DNA of 55,335 nucleotides from Ministeria vibrans ATCC 50519 (lineage: Eukaryota > Protista > Filasterea): the NCBI GenBank assembly GCA_943704425.1, contig CALSCP010001769.1, forward strand, positions 1 to 55,335. The letters are read 5' to 3'. The position numbers were made by a program, and so were the translations under genes. Each line of letters begins with the position of its first letter. Positions within the stretch are counted from its first letter, which is position 1. Below the pieces are notes generated by a model. That model saw only the letters and a list, made by a program, of their open reading frames with translations, was not told the DNA's origin and did not search any database. Shown here one piece after another: positions 1-11,300 of this stretch.

Positions 1-690
1 TACCCACGACCAAATCTCCTCCATGTGCGCCCAGGGTTGTAGCACACTTCCTCGCCATTCATTTCGTGCGCTCCACTCACCGCCTCCGTCGAGACAAGCA
101 CGCCACCAGCATGATTTGCACGTTGCTGTGTCTGTTCACTCCTTCTATGCTTCTCCAATACCAACGTTTCGTACACGTCAATCAGACGAGTCTGAGCAAC
201 GGCCCGAAAAGCATCAACAACTTCACCAGCGTCCACCGCTTGCCCAGCGCGGCTGCCACATTGCCGATCTTGTGCCTTGGCGTCGTTGAGATCACCCGCC
301 ACAATCACCGCAGCGTCTTCCCGCAGAGCGCAATCGTCCAGTTTCCACTCCATCAGGGCATTTCCGAGCTCGTCGACCGTCGCTTGAACTGCCTCACGTC
401 TTGCCTCGGCCTGTCCCACTAGTCTGCTTCCATGGCGCACATAAACTGAGGCAATTACCAATGACTTGAGGCGCGGCCGTTGTGCTCTCCAAGTGCTCGC
501 ATCTGCATCCTCCCCCTCTGTGCTTCTGGACACACAAAAAGGTGGGTCGCGCCTCCTCGCAACACTGCTTTTTGGTAGTCGAAATAACACAGCACACCAC
601 CTCCTGGCCTCTCTTCACGGCTGATATCCAAGGTCGTAACGTAGGCCCAACTATTCTTGGCTAATACACAAACCCGCCTTTTCTGTTTCT
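1..690 (-). mobile_element. APE-type (EEP superfamily) endonuclease coding fragment, probably non-LTR retrotransposon ORF2, frameshifted, runs off the window start
   Basis: Manual translation of a minus frame open from ~610 to base 1 (absent from the ORF track) gives ...RLKSLVIASVYVRHG...AAVIVAGDLNDA...RLIDVYETL...PGRTWRR, the ordered motifs of LINE APE domains. A neighbouring frame upstream gives RPGGGVLCYF...RGRMQ, so a frameshift is likely near 470-520. Confidence 0.65.
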
Positions 691-833
691 AATCTTGACA
701 GAGAAACAAAAAGATATTTTTTGCGTTAGACTCGACACCCGCTCATATCTTTGCAGCTGAGGGTTGTTATTGTAAATTTGAATTTGAATTCGACTGAAAA
801 ATAAAGTGTACTAAAGCGGGAACGAAAATACAT

Positions 834-1895
834 CTACAAGTTCAAAAGCGACAGAGTTTTGCTGAAAGCGTCTTGCAATGTCGCACCATGAGCCAACAGT
901 CGAGATTTGAGTCGTGCGATATCGACGTTATCCAACGTAAAATAATCTTCAGCGTTGGGTTCGCTTCGAAACGCTGACAAGGCGAGCCATTCGTGGTGAC
1001 GAAACCCGAGTCCTCGAGCAACGCTAGCGAGATCTTCGTTGAGTTTCGTCTTATCTCTCAGAGTTCCGTTGCTTTCGATGTTTCGAAAGGTTCTCGAAGT
1101 GTACCCTCCCTCTGAGAACAACTTCTCTCTCACCACATCAAACATATTCGACGCAATTTGTCGAAGTTCATCATCCACCTCGCGACGTTCTTCGGCATCT
1201 GCAAGTTGCTTTGCAATTTCTTGTGCAATTCCCTCATCCGTGAACGCTGCCATCTGATCCTTCAACGCTGCCATCCCATCCCTCAACGCTGCCATCCCAT
1301 CCCTCAACGCTGCCGTATCATCCTTCAACGCTGCCGTCAACGCTGCCGCCTCATCCTTCGACGCTGCCGCCTCATCCTTCGACGCTGCCGTCTCATCCTT
1401 CAACGCTGCCATCCCATCCCTCAACGCTGCCATCCTATCCTTCGACGCTGCCATCCTATCCTTCGACGCTGCCACCTCATCCTTCAACGTCTCGACTTTC
1501 CGTTTAACGACCGCGAGTCTTGCGTCCAATCGAAAAGTATCCCTCTCGAGCCCCGACACCTCCTCCAGCAAGTCGTTGATTTGCTGCTGAATTTCGTCGG
1601 TGGTAATATAGGACGCGTCGTCGCCTTGGTCGAGCAATCGCAAGAGTCGGTGAGACTCTCCGTTTCGCGGAACACTGTCCAGTAGTCGGTGTATAATGTC
1701 GGAGTGTCTGTAGACAGTGCGCCGTAGATCGAAGAGAGTGTTGATGGTGCTTTCGCTGTCGTCGGAAACTTGTGCATGTTCGAGGTCGGCGAGCAGCTCG
1801 CGGATGCGACGGATGTCTTCGGTAAGTGCGCTTGTGGCTTTGGCTTCATCGGTTACAAAGGCAAACGGACCCTCATGCGGATAGTCGGGATTCAT
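834..1895 (-). CDS. Intronless coiled-coil protein (353 aa) with heptad repeat expansion; function unknown
   Basis: Long ORF with central repeats ALKDETA/ASKDRMA/ALRDGMA encoded by 21-bp tandem units. Confidence 0.75.
   Translation of the reverse strand: MNPDYPHEGPFAFVTDEAKATSALTEDIRRIRELLADLEHAQVSDDSESTINTLFDLRRTVYRHSDIIHRLLDSVPRNGESHRLLRLLDQGDDASYITTDEIQQQINDLLEEVSGLERDTFRLDARLAVVKRKVETLKDEVAASKDRMAASKDRMAALRDGMAALKDETAASKDEAAASKDEAAALTAALKDDTAALRDGMAALRDGMAALKDQMAAFTDEGIAQEIAKQLADAEERREVDDELRQIASNMFDVVREKLFSEGGYTSRTFRNIESNGTLRDKTKLNEDLASVARGLGFRHHEWLALSAFRSEPNAEDYFTLDNVDIARLKSRLLAHGATLQDAFSKTLSLLNL
1243..1490 (-). repeat. 21-bp coding minisatellite (about 11-12 imperfect copies, e.g. catccttcaacgctgccatcc) encoding coiled-coil heptads
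   Basis: Visible 21-bp periodicity. Confidence 0.9.
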
Positions 1896-1993
1896 GAGGG
1901 TTGCGAATACAGAGGTGTCTGGGGTGGAAGAGAAAAGAAAACTAGAAAAGTGACTGATTTTTCTGTTGAATTCGTTTTTATAGTAATTTCACT

Positions 1994-2044
1994 ACTTGGA
2001 ATCGGGCGTTACTTGGAATCGGGCGTTACTTGGAATCGGGCGTT
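1994..2044. repeat. Perfect 17-bp tandem repeat x3 (acttggaatcgggcgtt)
   Basis: Three exact copies about 100 bp upstream of the 1895 ATG. Confidence 0.95.
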
Positions 2045-2270
2045 TCTACTATAAATTCGAATTTCAACGGAGAAATCAATCACTTTTATTCACTGTTCCC
2101 ATGTCCGAATGCGCCGAGTCGCGAAAACGGTCGCGATCACCGCCTCCAACGCCTTGGTGGGAGCGACAAATGTGCAGGATTTTCCTTGTCCAAGGAGTAC
2201 ATCGGCGAACAGGCCGTGTATGGCACAATCATGATTACCGTCGCCGCTATCCCCGACGACATCATAGAGA

Positions 2271-2289
2271 GGGTTAGGGTTAGGGTTAG
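2271..2289 (+). repeat. Interstitial telomere-like repeat (GGGTTA)3
   Basis: gggttagggttagggttag. Confidence 0.75.
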
Positions 2290-2389
2290 TGCTGGAGATA
2301 CTATCTGAGAACATAATGATTCTTCTCTATCGTCGTCATATCAGTCATCTCCTTGCCGCCCGACTTGTCATCCCGACCGATTTTTTCTG

Positions 2390-3075
2390 TCAGCAAGTCT
2401 CATCCATACACCCCTCGTACTCCATACGGATATGCTTCTTCACTCGCGTGTGTGTGTCGTCCACGAGAGCATGCAGCGCCGCTAGCTGGAGCTTGTGCGT
2501 TGGCAGATGGACAATCTTCCAGGTGGATTTTGGGTCAATTTCAGGGCGGATGAGGTGGTCCAGAAGGCTTGCGTGGTCCATAAACACCCAAGGGTTGCCG
2601 CGGTTGGTCACAGCTTCGACGAATGTTTCTTTGTTGCTTGGAAGCATCTGAACGTAAGACTCTGACTTGCCCGTGGCGGCAGTGCAGATGTCACATAGTA
2701 GGAACTCTTTTTCTCAGAGGAAGCAATCAAAACAGAGATTGCGTTTTCTCTGGTTTCTGTTGACACGCCCGTCTCGCTCTCGCACCATGGGAGCGGCGCG
2801 TACCCGCCCTCGGACATGTTTTCGAATTTGAAGGGGTTGATTGGACTCGTGTCGATGCGATACGTGACAGCACACGAGCTGGGGTCGGCGTTGGCAGCAG
2901 CTGTGGGCACATGCAGAAGCTCCTTCGAAGCTCCTCGGCACGCACCTCGCCGTGTGTGCGTTTGCATGCGCGCTGCGAGTTGGGAGAGAGTGGCGGCAGC
3001 GGTGTGCGGGGCGGCGATGGAGACAGAGAAATCGGCTGGTGGTGGGGGCGAAGGGCGGGCTCGCAGTCTCCACAC
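2390..3075 (-). pseudogene. Possible degenerate or frameshifted coding region of unknown product
   Basis: Two overlapping protein-like ORFs in different frames (MSEGGYAPLPW... and MLPSNKETFVEAV...). No recognisable domain. Confidence 0.25.
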
Positions 3076-3487
3076 GCGGACTTGTTTCTACTCTCCTGTG
3101 AGACTCTCGCAACACGAACAGTGTGCCTCATTGTGGCCCTTGACGGTCCTTGGAGGTTGAGTGCGTCTGTTTTGGCGGTTTCCACTTGCTCTTCCTTGCC
3201 CACGACGTCATTTATGCGTGCGGTTGGAATCGACATGGTCAGTTTGGAGTCAGCTTGCCCATGGGATCCAAAGAAGATCCAAAGAAGATCCAAAGCAAGT
3301 GCCTCTCGAGCCCACGCCAATGCCACTTGACTTTGACACGCTCTTTGACTCAACCATTCGAGCACTTGCCTGCGGCACACACCACTCGGGGGCGCTAACC
3401 CGCCTCGGCACGCGTCTACGTCTGGGGTGCAAGCTTGCAACCGATTGCCCCTGCGTCCACGTTCCGTCCACGTCCCTACCACACCTA

Positions 3488-3551
3488 CCCCATCGTCTGT
3501 TGCTGAAACAACCTATACAGCCCCATCGTCTGTTGCTGAAACAACCTATAC
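3488..3551. repeat. 33-bp direct tandem duplication (ccccatcgtctgttgctgaaacaacctatac)
   Basis: Two adjacent copies. A 12-bp repeat (gatccaaagaa) also occurs at ~3265-3294. Confidence 0.9.
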
Positions 3552-3676
3552 CGTACATCTGGCGCGGGTCTACCTCGATGCATGTCAGTGTGTGAACAAG
3601 ATAACACGTATTTTTTTTTCTGGCGGTGTGCTGATATCGATATGGAATGGAAAATCTATTAATCTAGTGCTGTGTA

Positions 3677-4816
3677 TCAATAGCGGCGGCTTTGAATAAT
3701 GGAAGGGCCTGACTCGTCGTATTCGCTCTTGTGGATCCATCCCTTATTAGTATTCATCACTGACGACAAAATCGCGCCTCCAATCCATGCGGCATTTTTT
3801 GGATATACCGGTTTGTGGATGCGTAGTGTGGTGGACGGTGCTCGTAGGGTGGTCTCTTGAAGGAGGCGTTGTTGGAAGCCGGGGCAAGTGGCCGTCCCGC
3901 CCGACAGGACAATGCTGCGGCAGAGTTCTTGCTGCACTTCCGTGTCGCACTTCATGATGGAGCTGTGCAGTGCGTCTGGGATGCTGGGAAGAACCGTGTC
4001 TGGTTGAAGGAGCGAGGGCTGGAAGAGAGCTTCGGTGCAGCGGAAGCGCTCGTTGTTGAGACTGATAACCTGACCATCGGGGAGCTCGTACTTGTCGTCG
4101 AGCGTGGCCTCCGCCTGCATCTCATTGTCGAAGTCAAGGGCGACAAAGGAGAGCTTCTCTTTGATTTCTCGGACAACCTCATGCTCCGCACTGGTGGTGA
4201 GTAGAAAGCCACGCTCAAAGAGGAGCCTTTTGAGGTAGTCGGTGAGGTCACAACCGGCAAATCCTACATTGACACTTGCGTACGACAGAGGGATCCCACA
4301 TTGTACGGGAACAATTTGAGAAACACCCTCGCCGAAGGAGCAGCTGATGCCGGTTATACGACCGGTCCCAAAAAGCGAGAGGACAGACTGGTTGGCGATG
4401 TTCATATCTACGACATTAAAGTGCTCATACAGCATCTCTGCGAAACGTCCGTTGTTGTGTCCCTTCGTGTTGGCAAACGTGCTGTCGGTGACGAGGATGG
4501 GGTGGTCCCATGACTCAACGCGGAGTTCGTTGTCGAAGAGGTGGTGCCAGATCTTCTCCATATCGTCCCAGTTCCAGACGTTGCCCCGCTCGGCCGGGTA
4601 GCGGAGTCTGAGCTGGAGAATCCCGCGCTTGGTCTGAGCCTCGTCACCGACGTACGCGTTCTTTAGTCCCATCGCCGAAATCATCTCATCGTTTTGCGGG
4701 CGCCCCACCACCGACGAAAATACAGCGCTGGGACCGTCATTGCCCTCGAATCCAGCTTTGCACACTCCCGTACCATTGTCAATAATGATCGCGCCTTCAC
4801 GATCGAAAGATTCCAT
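3677..4816 (-). CDS. Divergent intronless actin / actin-like protein (379 aa)
   Basis: IIDNGTGVCKAGF, AVFSSVVGRP, YVGDEAQTKRGIL, NWDDMEKIWHH, YELPDGQVI, NERFRCTEALFQPS, IVLSGG, WIGGAIL, EYDESGPSI. Confidence 0.95.
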   Translation of the reverse strand: MESFDREGAIIIDNGTGVCKAGFEGNDGPSAVFSSVVGRPQNDEMISAMGLKNAYVGDEAQTKRGILQLRLRYPAERGNVWNWDDMEKIWHHLFDNELRVESWDHPILVTDSTFANTKGHNNGRFAEMLYEHFNVVDMNIANQSVLSLFGTGRITGISCSFGEGVSQIVPVQCGIPLSYASVNVGFAGCDLTDYLKRLLFERGFLLTTSAEHEVVREIKEKLSFVALDFDNEMQAEATLDDKYELPDGQVISLNNERFRCTEALFQPSLLQPDTVLPSIPDALHSSIMKCDTEVQQELCRSIVLSGGTATCPGFQQRLLQETTLRAPSTTLRIHKPVYPKNAAWIGGAILSSVMNTNKGWIHKSEYDESGPSIIQSRRY

Positions 4817-5130
4817 TTTCTATTTTGTACATAAACAAAGAATGATGACGTTAGTAGTAATGTAATAATAATAATAATAATAATGATAATATTTTTTCGT
4901 TTTTAATAATAAGAAGAAAAAGAAGAACACGACATTTTCATTTAAATCAAGCCAAGAATTAAAAAGAGTGGAAAAAATTCATTGCTTAAAATCCTTCGAA
5001 TTTTGTCTTGTTAAAAAAATGACTTTGACCCTCAAGCAGGCAAGTAGTGAGTACTTCACTATAAACTATTCAATTCTTTCTTGTTTTAGTCGCAGTAGGA
5101 CTCTTATTTTTCTGCCAATCGCTGACAATC

Positions 5131-5161
<31 letters not shown>

Positions 5162-5172
5162 CAGGAGAGAAA

Positions 5173-5377
5173 TCAACCGCCAAATTTCCAGTCGGAAAGT
5201 TCGCGCACCGAAAACCACCCGTCGGCTCGAAAATTCACCGTCGCGTCGCCCAGGCGCACAGTGTTTTCATCGATAGATTGCAGGATGATGGTCGGCGCAT
5301 CGGCAGGGAAGAGGGTCATCTCGAGGGGCGTCGTGGTTGGCGGTGGAGGTGCATACACACTCAAAGTGCCCGCGACT
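5173..5377 (-). CDS. Probable 3' terminal exon of an unidentified gene, truncated by the assembly gap
   Basis: Open protein-like frame (...VYAPPPPTTTPLEMTLFPADAPTIILQSIDENTVRLGDATVNFRADGWFSVRELSDWKFGG*) followed by low-complexity T-rich sequence. Confidence 0.4.
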
Positions 5378-6060
5378 NNNNNNNNNNNNNNNNNNNNNNN
5401 NNNNNNNNNNNNNNNNNNNNNNNNNNNNNNNNNNNNNNNNNNNNNNNNNNNNNNNNNNNNNNNNNNNNNNNNNNNNNNNNNNNNNNNNNNNNNNNNNNNN
5501 NNNNNNNNNNNNNNNNNNNNNNNNNNNNNNNNNNNNNNNNNNNNNNNNNNNNNNNNNNNNNNNNNNNNNNNNNNNNNNNNNNNNNNNNNNNNNNNNNNNN
5601 NNNNNNNNNNNNNNNNNNNNNNNNNNNNNNNNNNNNNNNNNNNNNNNNNNNNNNNNNNNNNNNNNNNNNNNNNNNNNNNNNNNNNNNNNNNNNNNNNNNN
5701 NNNNNNNNNNNNNNNNNNNNNNNNNNNNNNNNNNNNNNNNNNNNNNNNNNNNNNNNNNNNNNNNNNNNNNNNNNNNNNNNNNNNNNNNNNNNNNNNNNNN
5801 NNNNNNNNNNNNNNNNNNNNNNNNNNNNNNNNNNNNNNNNNNNNNNNNNNNNNNNNNNNNNNNNNNNNNNNNNNNNNNNNNNNNNNNNNNNNNNNNNNNN
5901 NNNNNNNNNNNNNNNNNNNNNNNNNNNNNNNNNNNNNNNNNNNNNNNNNNNNNNNNNNNNNNNNNNNNNNNNNNNNNNNNNNNNNNNNNNNNNNNNNNNN
6001 NNNNNNNNNNNNNNNNNNNNNNNNNNNNNNNNNNNNNNNNNNNNNNNNNNNNNNNNNNNN

Positions 6061-8161
<2,101 letters not shown>

Positions 8162-8308
8162 AAATAACGTGATAAAGTCTCATTTCAATGCATATTCTCT
8201 ACTGGTTTAAAAGTTTCAAATATAATAATATAATTAATTTTTATTCATTATTATAATTATTGTTTTAAATTTATTAATGATGTTGTATTGTTATAATATG
8301 ATGCGTCT

Positions 8309-11300
8309 TCACAAGGAACACACTCCAATAGCGTCTTTCACGACGGCCGTCTCGTCATTACTGCGCACCTGCAGACACACGAGAGCATCGCGCGCGTCCG
8401 GACCCATGGGGTAGATGCGGTTGTCGTCTTCGTTGGGATGGTGTGTGGTGGCATAGCCAATGGTCACCAAGTCTGTGTCTGTGTCCCAACCGTAGTGGCA
8501 TGTGTTCTCGTAGTGCAGCAGCCCACACAGATGGGCTGTGTCGCTGCCCGTGCCCAAATGCACCGCAAACGACGTGTTCGCTGCAGGGTTCACCACCGTT
8601 ACAGCGTCGTCACCCGCCAGCGTGTACACTGTTAGGTTCATGGCCATTGCCTCGACGCTCACACGGTCGCCCGATGCATCCGACGTGCTCAGCGTGAGCA
8701 TGCGAGGCGGCACTTGACGACTCACCACAAGCGAACAACGATCCGCTCCCCGTAAATCGTCCACCCCTACCCCATTTTGCAGCATGGCGGCAAGCATGCG
8801 TGCCGTCGTGTTCTGGCGGGCGCCCAGCAGCGTCCCATTGACCAGACTTAGCTGCTGTAGACACACGCCTTCGAGGTGGTACCAAACGGGCAGCGCTGTC
8901 GCATTAAGGCCGACACCATTCGCTTGCACCGTCACCGTGGCACACGCTCGTCCACACGCAACCTGCCCAATAATAGACTGTAGGGGCGCAGGAGAGCCAA
9001 ACAGTGTGCGTGCGGGTCCCAGTGCCACATCTGCAGGCGCCCTCGTTGCTGGCGCCACCAGTACCGTCTCATATGTGCTCTCAACGCGCACCACCTGCTT
9101 TTGTGCTTGTCCAGCAGTCGCCTCTGACGAGGTCCACAGCACCGTTTCCACCGATTGTGCACCATTGTACACAATGTCGTTGGCAGCGCCCGTCGAAAAG
9201 GTCACATTCTGCCAGCGGATGGTGGTCGAGTCCATGTGCACACGCGCAATAGGCGAACCACCTCGCGACGGCGAGTACACCTCGACGGTACCAGGTGAGA
9301 TGCGCCAGCGCAGGTCAGGCGCACTCGACACACGCGATACATCAATGACCACCGATGTGTTCCAGCCGCGCACGCCATGCAGCCACAAAATGCACGTCGC
9401 ATAGTCCTGCACCAGATCGTCCCCCGTGATCACCATGGTCTGCTCTGGCCCTGTCGCCGTCAGGTCCAACACTCGATTCCCACTGCAGTTGAACCGCGGT
9501 GGTGGCGTGTCAGCAGCGTCACGACGGAACACAACGTTACGCTGACTGTCATACGTAGAGGGCACAGGCACCACCACAGAATCAACCTTGAACTGCATCA
9601 CCTGCGTGTCCAGCTCGCCCGTGCACTTGATAACCTGTGCAATGTCGGGCGCTCGATTGTTCAGTGTCCACACATAGGCATTGGGCTCGGCACTCTCGTA
9701 GAGCGGACCAATGCAAGAGTCATTTTGCGACGGCGCATGGACCGTCACAAAGCAAAAGCTGAACAGATCCGTCATGTTGTCCGCACCAAAGTCGTAGATG
9801 GAGCCACCATGTGCGGGCTCGCTTACCGTCATTGTGTCTGCACCCAGCCCCGCGTCCAGCTCAACCGTGTGACGCTCGCACGCCGCAATCGTCGCCGTGT
9901 CGTCACCATCAAACTGCCGCACTACCAGTGGCACAGGAGCGTCGTGCGCAACAAACGAGTCGCCCGTGGCGTCCGTCATGTTCACAAAGAGTCGCTGGCC
10001 GCTCAACGACGAGAAGGCAATCGAACAGTTCGCCGTGGGCGTGTCGGTGTAGCCGGCGGCACGCAGAGCAGCCATAAATGTCGTCGATGGCGGTCGAGTC
10101 GGCACGGGCTCACCTGTTGTCTGGCTCACCGTGCTCAGACACACACTGTCAAGGCGGTGACGCACAGCAGGCGCACCACGACGCGACACAACATGAACAT
10201 CGCCAGACCGTCCAGCAGCGCCCGCGAGCACAATAGGAGCACGCAGTGTCTCAAGGGGGTTTCCTTCAAGCATTCCATTGCCTGCGTCGAGATCGGTAAA
10301 GGCCCCGACAAAGGCAACGGCCGACGTGGTGCGCGACACATTCACCAGATGCACCGCCTCTGACTGGCGCACTTCGTCCGACGCGTCGTTCGTCACATAC
10401 TCCACCAGGGTTTCGGTGAGGCCACCGACGTCATCAATGGTGACCACGCTAGAGCGAGAGCCAACGCGCAAGTGGCGCAGTGTCACGCCCGGGTCGTGTT
10501 GCACGCGAAACACTTCGAGACCCGTTGGACCGACGGCACTCACGACACCAAAGGCGAGACGATACTCCATGGGATCAACGGCATTCGAGTCGTCAATGTG
10601 CACAATGGTCGTCTCTGACTCAAGCGCATGCACAAACACGGTGCACTTGGTCCCCATCAACTGGCCATTCTTGCCCACGTTCACCTGGTGTGTGCCCGCA
10701 CCGCGCGTCACCACATCGACCGTCGCAGTCTCGTCGCATCCGTACAGATTGGTCGTCATGGTCGCCTGCGCCTCGCCATTCGTGTTCACTAGTACTGCCG
10801 CACTGGGCTCCACCGCGTACACCGTCGTCTCGGTGGGCTCTCCCGCACGCCCGTTTACCGTCGCAATGCGACGCAAAATCCGGTCCCACGAGATGGACGT
10901 GTGAAAACCGTCGGGCTCATTGCTTGCTTGAGTCGCCATGTAGCGCGTCAGGCGGATGTTGGTGCCGCCTACGCCCGTCTCGTACGTCATGTCAACGAGG
11001 TTCTCCTTGCCCGCGCCGTAAAGTCCCAGCAGACCTGCGACACCTTGCATGACCACATTGAAGATGTCGTTGCCGTCGCCACCCGAGACGCTCACGCGTC
11101 GCGTCGCAGGCACTGCAACCACATCAAAGGTGGTGGGCAGATGCAGGTCGCCCTGGAGCATGAGCGTCGATAGAGCTGCGTCAAAATTCAACAGCAATGG
11201 CGAGGGCGTCGCCGAGACCGAGACAACGGCCGTGTCTACGTGAAAGTACACATCGGACAGCGATGCGTACACCGCCTGTGGCACCCCCCCAATAGTGACA

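Noticed and set aside
1994-2044. CRISPR-like array
   Set aside because: The repeats are contiguous with no spacers, and the context is eukaryotic. The same applies to the 30-bp array at 54470-55335.
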